From a virus (lineage: Duplodnaviria; Heunggongvirae; Uroviricota; Caudoviricetes), in the IMG/VR virus record IMGVR_UViG_3300025392_000640, positions 37,214 to 101,213 of that record: a stretch of DNA of 64,000 nt, one strand, 5' to 3'. Position 1 is the first letter of the stretch, and each line of letters opens with the position of its first letter. The notes beneath the pieces are model-generated. The model did not search any database and had not been told where the DNA came from. It saw only the letters and a program-made list of their open reading frames with translations. Shown piece by piece: positions 1 to 10,156 of this stretch. The position numbers and the translations under genes were made by a program.

Positions 1-237
1 CGTCTTAGGGGCCTTAGTTACAATTACCATCTCTGGGTACTTCTCCGTTGCTGCATCTTCGATATAGAATTTGCCATGCTTATTTGTATCCACTACTTTT
101 GGGGTTTTAGTTTTCTTAACCGCTGGTTTCTTAGCTACCGCTTTTCTACCGGTTGCCTTAGCTGGTTTAACACTCTTTGCCGTTTTCTTAGTTGCGGACT
201 TCTTTACTACTCCTTTTGTTGCTGTTCTAGCCATATC
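1..237 (-). CDS. Partial CDS (N-terminus in window, continues past position 1): Lys/Ala-rich, histone H1/HU-like putative DNA-binding protein
   Basis: Reverse-strand ATG at 235-237; translation MARTATKGVVKKSATKKTAKSVKPAKATGRKAVAKKPAVKKTKTPK... has KK/AK repeats; open to window edge. Confidence 0.4.
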
Positions 238-251
238 TTAATTAGTTTAAA

Positions 252-500
252 TTACTTACTATCTTTGCCGGTCCATTTGAACCCGTACTTCTTATTCATA
301 TACTTAACCCATTGTAGGTCACTCTTAGATTCCATCCATTCGGGGTAATCACTTCTAAAAAACATTGATTCACCGCCTAACGATTTAATGTACTTTGCTG
401 GGGTAATTTTAGCCCCTACTGATTTACTACTCATATTACTTTGATTTTTATTATTAAATTTGTCCAACTCTAGTCCACTCACCATTCCATTCGTTACCAT
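252..500 (-). CDS. hypothetical protein
   Basis: 82-aa ORF; overlaps the upstream ORF by ~47 nt. Confidence 0.3.
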   Translation of the reverse strand: MVTNGMVSGLELDKFNNKNQSNMSSKSVGAKITPAKYIKSLGGESMFFRSDYPEWMESKSDLQWVKYMNKKYGFKWTGKDSK

Positions 501-753
501 TCAAATACCATTGAAAGTTCTTTTGATAGATTCCTACATTTGGTAAGCCATTCAAACGCTCCTTAGTAGTATTCGATGCCCAGCCGGCGTTACTAATACT
601 TAATATACCTAACTCATCTAATACAGCGATAGTGTTACCATGCAATTTCAACTTAAACGTACCATAATCATTAACTACGGCCATATTGGATTTCTTAAAG
701 GGCTTTCTATCTAAGAATGCCGATACTGATTCTTTTGTGATTTTTCTACTCAT
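454..753 (-). CDS. hypothetical protein
   Basis: 99-aa ORF from track, minus strand, consistent with gene orientation. Confidence 0.4.
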   Translation of the reverse strand: MSRKITKESVSAFLDRKPFKKSNMAVVNDYGTFKLKLHGNTIAVLDELGILSISNAGWASNTTKERLNGLPNVGIYQKNFQWYLNGNEWNGEWTRVGQI

Positions 754-819
754 AATTGGGGTTATATATATTTTTTAATAGCGATGCCATCTTCGTTAAT
801 GTAATAGGTCCAAACCATA

Positions 820-1017
820 CTATTTAGATTTTAAGGTTTGGAAAATAGTTTTAACAAAAGCGTACCCTACGATAAACACCATAGATAATACGATAAATTC
901 CCCTAAACTGATTGTCTGATTCATATCCTTTAATTTTATAACACTAAGATACGGCGATATAACCATATAGCAATGGAATTGGGTAAAAAAGTTTAGAAAT
1001 TGTTTCTTGAGAATCAA
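820..1017 (-). CDS. small membrane protein (hypothetical)
   Basis: 65-aa ORF with hydrophobic segment LSMVFIVGYAFV. Confidence 0.35.
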   Translation of the reverse strand: MILKKQFLNFFTQFHCYMVISPYLSVIKLKDMNQTISLGEFIVLSMVFIVGYAFVKTIFQTLKSK

Positions 1018-1135
1018 CCTGTTACATATTAAGGTTTTTTATATATGTCCAACTGGTTGATAATCAAAGGGTTAATTTTCTAAATAGGCTAGAAAAGGGA
1101 GGAACATATTAAAAAAATTATGTATGTATAACTCA

Positions 1136-1196
1136 TTGATTTTCAACACGTTAGCCGGGCGGTCATCTGGCGTGAGCTAACTAGTTGATACTCAAC
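1136..1196. repeat. Two copies of conserved TTGAnnnTCAACACGTTA palindromic element
   Basis: ttgattttcaacacgttagccgg (1136-1158) and ttgatactcaacacgtta (1179-1196); the same element recurs at about 23938, 23974, 29337, 29379, 34301, 34341, 38128, 38178, 38204, 50058 and 50350. Confidence 0.6.
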
Positions 1197-1360
1197 ACGT
1201 TATGGACCGTAGGGCTCACTCTATAACCCGCCCTCCACTCCCTAAAGTTACAAGCTTTTTTTGGTATTGCAAAACCGCTCATCACATTTAATTTTTTCTA
1301 ATATGAGCCGGCATACATATAGAAAATATCTAATATATTCTCTAATACTTTAAACCATTT

Positions 1361-1684
1361 CTAATAATTGGTATCTTTTGTTCGAACTAAACAATTCTTT
1401 AGCTTCTCTAATTCCTCTGCAGCCCCTGCTATGATTGCTTCTTGTTGGGCTATCTTATGTTCTAATAGATATATAGCCGCTTCCCTCTTTCCCCACTTGG
1501 TTGGAAATTGTAATCTATTCCCCACCGGCAGATATTCACCTCTTATCAGTTTTAGCCCATCCAAAGGTTGAACGATAACGGAAAGCTCTCCCGATTCGGA
1601 CTCTACTATTGAAGCTAAAGAATGTAAGGTACGATTAACTGCCACCTGTTGTGGTATTCCCTTAAACGCTTCCCCTGTACTCAT
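1361..1684 (-). CDS. hypothetical protein
   Basis: 107-aa ORF. Confidence 0.45.
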   Translation of the reverse strand: MSTGEAFKGIPQQVAVNRTLHSLASIVESESGELSVIVQPLDGLKLIRGEYLPVGNRLQFPTKWGKREAAIYLLEHKIAQQEAIIAGAAEELEKLKNCLVRTKDTNY

Positions 1685-1686
1685 AT

Positions 1687-2049
1687 CTATTTTGATTTCT
1701 TATAAGCCCTCTTAACTAACTTCTCATTCTCTCGGGCCTGTATTTCATAGGGATTATTCTTATACCCATATTTCAATTGATAGTGGTTATACCAACGAAA
1801 TGTTTGTTGTGCATGTGTCCATTCGTGCAATAAAGTTTTTTGGACTGATATCATTCGTTTACATTGTGACAAATTAATCCAAATAATTCCTTCCCAATCC
1901 CAATGTCCAGCTGATTCATTATTTATATCCCAATAAAATGCTATCCCAGTGCATTTACTTTCTCCTAATTTTTCGTGAGCCCAATTCCACAATTTATTAC
2001 AATCGAACTTCATACCTCTTTTGTTTGTTACTCTCATAAATATATACAA
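1687..2049 (-). CDS. ImmA/IrrE-like (DUF955, HExxH) small metallopeptidase-domain protein
   Basis: HEWTH motif followed by PYEIQARENE (E-x-E-A-x signature). Confidence 0.55.
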   Translation of the reverse strand: MYIFMRVTNKRGMKFDCNKLWNWAHEKLGESKCTGIAFYWDINNESAGHWDWEGIIWINLSQCKRMISVQKTLLHEWTHAQQTFRWYNHYQLKYGYKNNPYEIQARENEKLVKRAYKKSK

Positions 2050-2063
2050 TTGTTTTTACTATA

Positions 2064-2096
2064 CAAAGATACAAAAAATATCCGAGCTCACCAAAT
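2064..2096 (-). promoter_or_regulatory. Bacteroidetes-type promoter (-7 TAnnTTTG / -33 TTTG) for 1687..2049
   Basis: caaagatacaaaa...accaaat on + strand, i.e. TTTGGT-N-TTTTGTATCTTTG on the coding strand. Confidence 0.55.
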
Positions 2097-2489
2097 CTAA
2101 TCCCCATAAGGGTTGCATCGATTAGAGGATATCTAACGTGGCACACGCTTTCATTGAATATTCTCTAACGTAATGGGGGCTTAGGTTGCATGGCTTCTAA
2201 ATCTATCAAAATATATACAGAAAAATTTTGCCGTCTAACAAAGAATCCTTATATGCCTGCTTTCCTATCTAATATCTTTTGTCCTAAGTCTATCAATATT
2301 AAGAAAGTGTATAAATGTGGTAGAAAGTGTGTAAAAGTGGGAACGTGATGGACATCCATTTTTTAACCTCTATTCCTATCAATATTCACTACCCTATTGG
2401 ACCGGCTTGAATAAGGGGTCTTTTTGGAGTGAATAAACATCCGTGTAAAAATATTGTAAGTGGCTTGTTAGGATACCTCTATAAGGGAT

Positions 2490-2535
2490 TCTAAGGAGCA
2501 TTAAAAAGGAGTGCGGACCGAACCCACACTCCCAT
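2490..2535 (-). terminator. Rho-independent terminator downstream of 2557..2799
   Basis: Minus-strand hairpin GGAGTGTGGGTTCGGTCCGCACTCC followed by TTTTT. Confidence 0.6.
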
Positions 2536-2556
2536 TCATTTCACCATCCCAGCTCC

Positions 2557-2799
2557 TTAAACGGATTGGATTTCTTTTGTATCGAAGTTATAAATCCAAT
2601 GCCCTACGGGTTCGGTTTGTACATCATCCATAATAAAAAACTCGTATTCCGGCTCGGGGTTAAAGATTCCGTTTTGATGATATGAAGGGTATCCCCATTC
2701 TACTAACTTAGGATGTATTGTATTCCTTATAGCATCTACATCTCTAAAATTTGTAGGGAAACTATCTAAGATTCCTTTTAAGTTTTCATTTGTTATCAT
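2557..2799 (-). CDS. hypothetical protein
   Basis: 80-aa ORF. Confidence 0.45.
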   Translation of the reverse strand: MITNENLKGILDSFPTNFRDVDAIRNTIHPKLVEWGYPSYHQNGIFNPEPEYEFFIMDDVQTEPVGHWIYNFDTKEIQSV

Positions 2800-3396
2800 A
2801 TACTTTTATTTTTGTTTTGTGTTATCCTTATCTATCTTATAGTATATCCATACCTTACCCACTATATAAAGTATTAGTACTATACATGCCATTCCAAAAT
2901 CCCATAGTAGGTTAGTCCTTTCCATTGAATCCGTTTTTATTATTCCATTCCTTTTGTATCCTCTTATCCTTTATATATCCTATTAGGTTCTTTACTACCT
3001 TATATACGATAGATAGGCTGAATACTCCCATACATACTATTACTACTATACCTATTCCCTTATACATTTAGCTGATTTTAATTCCTTTTAGTTTTTCTAT
3101 TATCTTTTGTATTATGAGTGTCCAACTTCGTTTTGATTCCGTTGGATGGACTACTTCGGTGAACGATTTGATATATTTTGACATCTTTGTATTCGTTTTA
3201 GAATTACCCTATCATTTTATCTTTTTGTTCCTTTCTTTTTTGTATCCATTCCCTAACCCATATACTAATTGCGTATCCGCTTCCTATAAAAAATATACAA
3301 GCCCATCCCATTGGCTCATTCATAAAAAACGTAGTTACATCCTTCAATTCCATTTTATAAACTATTTCGTTTTGTTGCTTTAGCGTAGAAATGAAA

Positions 3397-3594
3397 TTAT
3401 AGTGAATTTCGTTTCGTTATACTTGCTACCTTATATATCCCCTCTATTTTTCCTAACATAACTCTCCAATCCTCTATTATAACCTCTACATTACCCGATT
3501 GTGTGATATGAGCTTGATGAAATTGTTCTCTTAACTCTTTCACCGTCTTATATTCACCACTTTTAATCAATTCCTTTATTTCCTCTTTATTCAT
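3397..3594 (-). CDS. hypothetical protein
   Basis: 65-aa ORF. Confidence 0.4.
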   Translation of the reverse strand: MNKEEIKELIKSGEYKTVKELREQFHQAHITQSGNVEVIIEDWRVMLGKIEGIYKVASITKRNSL

Positions 3595-3869
3595 ACCAAA
3601 CCTTTTTACTTTAATAGCTGTTTAGGCTGGCTGTAACTCAAGCCACCATTGGATTAGCTCGTTATGAGTGGCTATTTTCTACATAATAAATACTATCAAG
3701 AAAAAATTCCCCTTCGACCCGATTGAACGATTGAGGATATAATACAAGGCTGAGGATATTATTTATATTATTTATTATCTTTGTTGTCCGAGCTTATACC
3801 TATTATAGCCAATATACATATTATTAGGTATATCCACTCGCATACCATTGTTAATACTTTCATACTATA

Positions 3870-5477
3870 TTATTTATATATTTCATCTAAGCTTTCCAAA
3901 ATATTATCTTTATACTTATCCAAAAAATCATCACAATTATCATAATGCCATTCATTCAATTGATATCTTAATATTCTATCATGCAATGCACCATTATCCG
4001 AAAAATCCATCGGCATTAAATTTTTATAGTAATTCAATCTATAAATGTCATCCTCTGTCTCTGCGTATATTTTTGGTATTATGTGTTGTAATGCCCACTT
4101 ACCCTTACCATGCCCATGATTATCCCAAGTCATCCAAGGTTCAAACATACTTTCAATATAATCCCTAAATTCATTCCATTCAATCCCTAATATATCCTTT
4201 GTTCTTTTTGTTTTTGGATTTCCCTTCAATGCCGAATGTACATACGTTTTAACCAATGCGTGCAATTTAACCATTGGATTTGTATGATAATTTAATTTAC
4301 TTTGTATTCTACCTGCTTCGTAATATATATCCCTTCTATATGTTAAAGCACATTCAATACAAATGTATGCACTTCTAAAATCATTCTCATGTTGCTCTGT
4401 CTTACACTTTCTACACCATTTGTGATTTTCTTTTGTTGGATATGGGCATATATTAGCAGACATGTATTCAAAGTAACTTATAGTATCTAATTTTATTTTT
4501 AGCTCTTCTGTCAAATATATACTACCCGGTCCATTTCGTAACCAATTATACTCATATGCCACCGGAGTTCCCGTCCAATTATTATAATTTTTGTAATCAG
4601 TACTTTCAACAAAGTCCGAAACCAATTTTACACGTTTCAACCATAAAGATTCTTTATCTAATTGTTTTTGCTTTTCTATTTTTTTTAATTCTAATTCCTT
4701 TTGTATCTTTTTTTCCGTTTCTAATTTAATATACCTACATTGTGTACACTCTTGCTCTTTTAATAAAGATGCCACCTTTCTTTTTAGTATATGTCCATTC
4801 GTACACTCATACTCTATTTTTAAACAATTTTCAGTATTATAATATTTTCTAATTATTTTTTTAATGTATGGTAGTTTTTCAACATCAATTAATTTTTGAG
4901 TATCCGTTTCAGCTTTTTTGTTTTTAATTGTATTAATATGTTCTTCTAATGATAACATCCAGTTTGGTCTACCACAATATTTTAAAATCCAATGTCTTGT
5001 TTTTTTGTATTGTTTTTTATTCAAATCCAATTTGTATAACTCATCTAAGGATGAAACTTCGTTTATAAGAACTTTATAATATTCAATCATTTCATTATGA
5101 ATTGACTCTTTTATCTTATTTTTATTTGAAATATATTCAGCTCTTTTTACAGCTCTTCTTTTTAATAGGTTTGTATGAGCACATTTATCTGAACAAAATT
5201 GTCTACCTTTTGAATTTGGATTTCCACACTCTTTACAATTTGGATTTTTTCTAGCCTTTGATGATTTTTTTGCTTTATTTAATTCTAATTGTTTTTCATG
5301 TTTACATTTATCACAAAATTTTCTAGTGCCAACAAACGCAGGGTCAGTTATTATTCTACCATTTTCCCATATCAAAGTTGCTGTTAGTTTTTCTTTACAT
5401 CTTTGACATTCTACATAAGCCCTATCCCCTACCTTTAATACGGGATGTGTTATTACTTTGTAACTTTGATTTGTCAT
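3870..5477 (-). CDS. Cysteine-rich multi-zinc-ribbon protein, function unknown (possible nucleic-acid-binding or nuclease-associated)
   Basis: 535-aa ORF with many CxxC pairs (CQRCKEK, CDKCKHE, CKECGNP, CSDKCAH, CTQCRY, CRKCKTE, CIECAL); lies directly upstream of the paralog array. Confidence 0.6.
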   Translation of the reverse strand: MTNQSYKVITHPVLKVGDRAYVECQRCKEKLTATLIWENGRIITDPAFVGTRKFCDKCKHEKQLELNKAKKSSKARKNPNCKECGNPNSKGRQFCSDKCAHTNLLKRRAVKRAEYISNKNKIKESIHNEMIEYYKVLINEVSSLDELYKLDLNKKQYKKTRHWILKYCGRPNWMLSLEEHINTIKNKKAETDTQKLIDVEKLPYIKKIIRKYYNTENCLKIEYECTNGHILKRKVASLLKEQECTQCRYIKLETEKKIQKELELKKIEKQKQLDKESLWLKRVKLVSDFVESTDYKNYNNWTGTPVAYEYNWLRNGPGSIYLTEELKIKLDTISYFEYMSANICPYPTKENHKWCRKCKTEQHENDFRSAYICIECALTYRRDIYYEAGRIQSKLNYHTNPMVKLHALVKTYVHSALKGNPKTKRTKDILGIEWNEFRDYIESMFEPWMTWDNHGHGKGKWALQHIIPKIYAETEDDIYRLNYYKNLMPMDFSDNGALHDRILRYQLNEWHYDNCDDFLDKYKDNILESLDEIYK

Positions 5478-5770
5478 ACAATTACATATTTTTCTTTTAT
5501 ATAAATTAATTGGTCTCTCATTTTATCCAATGTATCAATTGTTTTAATCCTTACAAATTCTGTCATTGCTCCTTTTTTATAACCTATAAACATTCGATAT
5601 AAAGGATACCTATTATGTATATTGTTTACTACCTGCCTATCTAATTCTATATTACTATTGTCCGATAACCAAATTGAATAAGCATCACCTATTTCAGCTA
5701 TTCCAATAACCGTCAGGCCATCCTTTAATACCAATCCTTCCAGCTTCTTATAGTTTTGTATTGTTAGCAT
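5474..5770 (-). CDS. MLTI(K/E)NI-family paralog 1 (hypothetical)
   Basis: N-terminus MLTIQNYKKLEG; ~100 aa; member of tandem array. Confidence 0.6.
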   Translation of the reverse strand: MLTIQNYKKLEGLVLKDGLTVIGIAEIGDAYSIWLSDNSNIELDRQVVNNIHNRYPLYRMFIGYKKGAMTEFVRIKTIDTLDKMRDQLIYIKEKYVIV

Positions 5771-6036
5771 TTCATTAAATATTTTATTCTATCCCTTACA
5801 ATATGTGGCGTTTTCAAATCTTTTAGGGTTAGGTAGTCCGATTTGTTATTTAATTTTAATCGATATTTCCCTTTAGCAGTTCCTATCCTATTCAATTGGG
5901 CTATTATTACATTTGAATTACTTATATTCTTTAAGTGAAAAAAATATACATCAGGTGTACCAATTACAAATTCGACACGATACCGCCTACCAACATATTT
6001 TTTATTAATCTTTTGTATGTTCTCTATTATGAGCAT
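5764..6036 (-). CDS. MLTI(K/E)NI-family paralog 2
   Basis: MLIIENIQKINKK. Confidence 0.55.
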   Translation of the reverse strand: MLIIENIQKINKKYVGRRYRVEFVIGTPDVYFFHLKNISNSNVIIAQLNRIGTAKGKYRLKLNNKSDYLTLKDLKTPHIVRDRIKYLMKC

Positions 6037-6341
6037 ATCATTCCCGTTTGTATATGTAATTCTAATATAAAATTCTTTAATGTCAAATTTGATAACTTTA
6101 CATAAACATCTTGTTGCAGGTTTTCTGATGTCATTACATATCCCCTTCTATTCAATAAAGCCCTATGTAATTTATATACAATAACATCCTTTATACTTGC
6201 CACATTGTTTTCTAATAAAGGAAACACTCCAAATGTATAATGTAAACCTTCATTCTTAGCTATACCAATTATGAATTTTTGTCCACTACTTAATTTGAAC
6301 TCTTGTCCTTCTATATTTGTAAAGTTTTTTATTGTTAGCAT
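6027..6341 (-). CDS. MLTI(K/E)NI-family paralog 3
   Basis: MLTIKNFTNIEGQ. Confidence 0.6.
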   Translation of the reverse strand: MLTIKNFTNIEGQEFKLSSGQKFIIGIAKNEGLHYTFGVFPLLENNVASIKDVIVYKLHRALLNRRGYVMTSENLQQDVYVKLSNLTLKNFILELHIQTGMICS

Positions 6342-6343
6342 AA

Positions 6344-6664
6344 TTATTCAATTGACATTACTCTTTCAATACAATATATAAAAGTGTTCTTATCTTTTAT
6401 TTGCTCATAACTTAATAACATACATTTTCTATCAGTATCCTCATCCCACAATATATACCCATCATAGCCAGATGCAAACCTAGTTTTAAATCTATTCAAT
6501 ACTAATCGAATATCGCTATGTGTTTTATTTACATGTCTTATATGTAAATGATATTGCTCGTTACCCTGTTGAGTCCACATCCATATATTATATACATAAT
6601 AGTTTCCTGTTGGTATTGTTAATCTTTGATTGATTAATGTATGTGTATTTTCTATTGTTAGCAT
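6344..6664 (-). CDS. MLTI(K/E)NI-family paralog 4
   Basis: Track ORF 6344..6676 begins MHYNMLTIEN; start adjusted to the conserved MLTIENTHTLINQ. Confidence 0.55.
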   Translation of the reverse strand: MLTIENTHTLINQRLTIPTGNYYVYNIWMWTQQGNEQYHLHIRHVNKTHSDIRLVLNRFKTRFASGYDGYILWDEDTDRKCMLLSYEQIKDKNTFIYCIERVMSIE

Positions 6665-6665
6665 A

Positions 6666-6977
6666 TTATAGTGCATTTAAGTACATTTGTAATATTTCCA
6701 TAAACTCAATTGGATTTTTCATTGCGGTTTTATATAAAAATGTAGATTTGCTTCCAAATTTTCTTAATTGATATAGTGTAGTTTCAGGTGCTATGTTATC
6801 GAATGGTGCTTTCTTTCTAGTAAGTAAAACTATAATTGGAGCATGTACTGTCCCAATATCTTTAATTACTATTCTATATTCGTTTGGTGATGTCAAAACA
6901 TTCCCTATAACAAAAGTATATCCTTTTATTGTTATAGCTTTATGTATTAGTATTTCTATGTTTTGTATTGTTAGCAT
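6666..6977 (-). CDS. MLTI(K/E)NI-family paralog 5
   Basis: MLTIQNIEILIHK. Confidence 0.6.
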   Translation of the reverse strand: MLTIQNIEILIHKAITIKGYTFVIGNVLTSPNEYRIVIKDIGTVHAPIIVLLTRKKAPFDNIAPETTLYQLRKFGSKSTFLYKTAMKNPIEFMEILQMYLNAL

Positions 6978-7146
6978 ATATTAGTTTTTCCAATCACCAC
7001 TCCTTAATAGGTTTGTTATATAATCCATTGATTGTAGCGTTGTCAAAAATACAGGAGCTGGATATTCCTTGCCTTTGTATATTACTTTTGTTGGCTGCCA
7101 TACTAAACTACCATTATCTAATTCCAATTTATTCATATCATTTGTT

Positions 7147-7449
7147 TTATCCACATACTGCCTCTAACCAATATAAAGTACTACCAATACTCCTTAACTC
7201 TTCTGTGGATACATACCTTGCAGTTTGTGATGTATGTAATTTATAGTAATCTTTGTTTTCTACATTTCCACTATTTTTTGGGGTATCAATAATTCTGTCC
7301 AAATATATTGTTCTAAACATACTTCCGTGTTTTAAATAAAATTGATATTGCTTCCCACCATAATCAGTAGTTCCTATAATTTTCCAATCAAGTCTTTTTA
7401 TAGTTACTACTTGCCCTTCTATATTTTTTATGTTTTCTATTGTTAGCAT
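7147..7449 (-). CDS. MLTI(K/E)NI-family paralog 6
   Basis: MLTIENIKNIEGQ. Confidence 0.6.
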   Translation of the reverse strand: MLTIENIKNIEGQVVTIKRLDWKIIGTTDYGGKQYQFYLKHGSMFRTIYLDRIIDTPKNSGNVENKDYYKLHTSQTARYVSTEELRSIGSTLYWLEAVCG

Positions 7450-7769
7450 CCTTCAATTACTCTTAACATTGGTCCAATTAATGATTTCGGTTCTTTTAAA
7501 TGATTTATGTCTATTAATCTACTCTTATTAGTTATTATGTTTTTCAATTCGTATATGTGCATATCATCCCATTTAGTAGCATGTGTTCTACTCAAATTGA
7601 TTACAGCTTCCCTCAATAATCCGCCGGCAGGATGTGCTTCAATACATCTAAATACAAATTGATACAAATCACTAGCCGTTTGTATATTACTTAATTCCCA
7701 TTTTTCACCAGCTACTCTTAATGATTTTGCTAATGGACTTATATTATTTATGTTTTCTATTGTTAGCAT
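7443..7769 (-). CDS. MLTI(K/E)NI-family paralog 7
   Basis: MLTIENINNISPL. Confidence 0.6.
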   Translation of the reverse strand: MLTIENINNISPLAKSLRVAGEKWELSNIQTASDLYQFVFRCIEAHPAGGLLREAVINLSRTHATKWDDMHIYELKNIITNKSRLIDINHLKEPKSLIGPMLRVIEGC

Positions 7770-7770
7770 A

Positions 7771-8094
7771 TTATTTTTTTATATAACAATTCTCTAATTG
7801 TCCACCTAACATACCAGGAAACATTTTCAAATCTAATAAACCTTTTGTTAGTGTTACATAATTAGTATTTTGGTCATTATACATTCGCCATTCATTTTCT
7901 GTATCAATTGTGTATCTTAATAACTTAAACAATACCCACTTCGGATGCTTTAAAAAAGGTATAAGGCCATAATTATATTTTACTCTAATAATATAATCAT
8001 TCCTTCGTTCCTCTATACCCATAACTACCCATCTTGCTTTCGTAGTGTGTAAGGGCGTTCCGTCTAGCTTTTGTATGTTCTCTATTTTTAACAT
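7771..8094 (-). CDS. MLTI(K/E)NI-family paralog 8
   Basis: MLKIENIQKLDGT. Confidence 0.6.
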   Translation of the reverse strand: MLKIENIQKLDGTPLHTTKARWVVMGIEERRNDYIIRVKYNYGLIPFLKHPKWVLFKLLRYTIDTENEWRMYNDQNTNYVTLTKGLLDLKMFPGMLGGQLENCYIKK

Positions 8095-8408
8095 GGCATT
8101 ATACTTCTTAATGTGTTCAACATTTTATCCCTAGTCTTAATAGACTTTTTATCCAATGTAGCCCTAATCGATGCTGAACCCCTATCACTCATAGAAGTAG
8201 TAGCATACCCATCTTTGTCTATTCTACTCAATTCTATAATTACCCACTCATCATCAAATATACCAAGCTTTCTATTTACTAATATTTGATATGCTGTTTC
8301 AAATTCTTTTACATTTTGTACTGTCCAATGTTTTCGTTCCACTACATTGTTTACATCTGTTACGAATCCCTTACCAATCAATTTATCTATATTCTTTATT
8401 GTTAGCAT
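8088..8408 (-). CDS. MLTI(K/E)NI-family paralog 9
   Basis: MLTIKNIDKLIGKG. Confidence 0.6.
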   Translation of the reverse strand: MLTIKNIDKLIGKGFVTDVNNVVERKHWTVQNVKEFETAYQILVNRKLGIFDDEWVIIELSRIDKDGYATTSMSDRGSASIRATLDKKSIKTRDKMLNTLRSIMPC

Positions 8409-8409
8409 A

Positions 8410-8703
8410 CTATTCGTTTAACATTTTATCAATTAACTCTCCTATCATATAAGGCTCTATTTGATGTAAACTTACCCATCTATTTATTTTACTTTGCTCA
8501 AAATCTTTATACAATCTATAAACAGGTTCGTTTCTACCACTTACATATGTACTCTCTCTATTCAAATAAAATGTTGTAACCATACTGCCTATAAGAACTG
8601 AAAATGCATATAAATATTCTAATTCAGTTACCGCACCTATACGCCAATTGTTAATAGATGAACCTACATTTACTATCGTATCTATATTTTTTATTGTTAG
8701 CAT
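8410..8703 (-). CDS. MLTI(K/E)NI-family paralog 10
   Basis: MLTIKNIDTIVNVG. Confidence 0.6.
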   Translation of the reverse strand: MLTIKNIDTIVNVGSSINNWRIGAVTELEYLYAFSVLIGSMVTTFYLNRESTYVSGRNEPVYRLYKDFEQSKINRWVSLHQIEPYMIGELIDKMLNE

Positions 8704-8704
8704 A

Positions 8705-9028
8705 TTATGTATTTAGCTCTTGTTCGATTACTTCTAATAAGTTTGTAATATCTTTTAACCTTTCAAAATCAAAATATCGGTAGTTATTAGTATTAGTATG
8801 TTTAAAATAATATACATTGTTTCTTCCACTTATACCTTGTAATATTCTACCCAATAAAAATATATTAGTTACATTAACAGCTGAATGTATGGATGGCCTA
8901 CTTACTACAAACATATATTCTGGTATCAGTGCATTATTATTCGTTTCCATAACATTATCAATTTTCCAATTATATACATTGCTATAATTTAATTGTGTTA
9001 TTTTTTCTATGTTCTTTATTGTCAACAT
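8705..9028 (-). CDS. MLTI(K/E)NI-family paralog 11
   Basis: MLTIKNIEKITQL. Confidence 0.6.
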   Translation of the reverse strand: MLTIKNIEKITQLNYSNVYNWKIDNVMETNNNALIPEYMFVVSRPSIHSAVNVTNIFLLGRILQGISGRNNVYYFKHTNTNNYRYFDFERLKDITNLLEVIEQELNT

Positions 9029-9369
9029 TATAATATAAATTCTATTGCGTGGATTAACTTACCCATCGTATCCATTAAACTAATATCCAAATACAAAGTA
9101 CGACCGTGTGTATATGGACTCTGATAGATTTCATATTTACCGTCCATCTGCTCCCTATTCAAAACTATCATTGTAGTTGCGGATACTTTTTTATGTTGAT
9201 TAAATGTCATTGGGTCATAAAGGGTATTAAACTTAGCCAAATTTATTTCATATGCAGCAAATCCTCTTTCATTATTTTCATTAACATCAACGACTTCCCA
9301 GCTACGCTCCCAATGTGGCTGTGTAAATTGATGTCCAATTAATTTATCTATATTCTTTATTGTTAGCAT
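9028..9369 (-). CDS. MLTI(K/E)NI-family paralog 12
   Basis: MLTIKNIDKLIGHQ. Confidence 0.6.
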   Translation of the reverse strand: MLTIKNIDKLIGHQFTQPHWERSWEVVDVNENNERGFAAYEINLAKFNTLYDPMTFNQHKKVSATTMIVLNREQMDGKYEIYQSPYTHGRTLYLDISLMDTMGKLIHAIEFIL

Positions 9370-9372
9370 AAT

Positions 9373-9834
9373 TTATATTTCGTGCATACATTCTATAATT
9401 TCCTCAATACTACTTAATCTATCTTTGCTTATCCACAATGTATTTCCGTTATATTCCATTATATATCTTTTATCAGATGTCTGCCTTCTATGTAAAAGTA
9501 TTGTTTCGATTTGTGACATTTCTTTATTACCTAATGTAAACTCATAATGGGTTTCCCACTCTTTAACTCCAATTACTTTTAACCACTCACTATAATCATG
9601 TCCTTTAATCTTATCAATGTTTTCAATTGTTAAGAACATTTGTTTTCTTTTTTCGTTCTCTTGCTTTATATACTCATCTAATACTCTTTGTGCTTGCTCT
9701 AATGCTATATCTTTTATTTGTTGAGCATCTAACATAGCTTGTGTATATACAGATTGAGGCGTTCCAGCAATATTTTGTATCTTTTGTAACATTTGTTGTG
9801 TTGTCATCGTTGGTGGTGTTGGTATATGTGCCAT
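9373..9834 (-). CDS. MLTI(K/E)NI-family paralog 13 with ~55-aa Gln-rich N-terminal extension
   Basis: Internal FLTIENIDKIKGHDY after an N-terminal Q/A-rich coiled segment. Confidence 0.55.
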   Translation of the reverse strand: MAHIPTPPTMTTQQMLQKIQNIAGTPQSVYTQAMLDAQQIKDIALEQAQRVLDEYIKQENEKRKQMFLTIENIDKIKGHDYSEWLKVIGVKEWETHYEFTLGNKEMSQIETILLHRRQTSDKRYIMEYNGNTLWISKDRLSSIEEIIECMHEI

Positions 9835-9835
9835 A

Positions 9836-10156
9836 TTATAAAAAATATTCTAAATAGTTTGTAAAGACATTAATACTTTGAATGGATGGTTTTACTAAGT
9901 ACATATGTTCAGTACCACATTCTAATTTATATTGAAAGCCCGTTTGATTAGTTTCATAATGTTTGCTCAATACTATTTTTCTATCCCATCCATACTCTGC
10001 TTCCTCTACAAAAATTACATAGTGTCTCAAATGTTCTATGATTGTTGTTACCTTCCATTTAGTTGCTCCTTCAGGTCCAGCACCATACAATTCAGTACCT
10101 ACTAATTTTCTATAATTTATTATTTTTAATCCCATATTAATATTTTGGTAATACAT
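9836..10156 (-). CDS. MLTI(K/E)NI-family paralog 14 (divergent)
   Basis: MGLKIINYRKLVGTE near the N-terminus; the real start may be the internal Met. Confidence 0.5.
   Translation of the reverse strand: MYYQNINMGLKIINYRKLVGTELYGAGPEGATKWKVTTIIEHLRHYVIFVEEAEYGWDRKIVLSKHYETNQTGFQYKLECGTEHMYLVKPSIQSINVFTNYLEYFL

Noticed and set aside
76-348. Plus-strand ORFs from the track (76..348, 1368..1571, 3114..3383, 3848..4168, 6793..7246, 9106..9342, 13278..13487, 15035..16357 series, 21714..22499, 25911..26105, 29675..29881, 30731..30949, 34959..35180, 37455..37652, 38520..38782, 43550..43792, 44080..44792, 45393..45593, 46645..46974, 48593..48775, 49124..49489, 50059..50298, 50888..51094, 51585..51821, 52041..52412, 53221..53451, 54471..54686, 56535..56756, 58998..59249, 61173..61454)
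   Set aside because: All are antisense to longer, better-supported minus-strand genes or overlap tRNAs. They have low-complexity or hydrophobic composition typical of antisense AT-rich frames, and none has the conserved promoter upstream.
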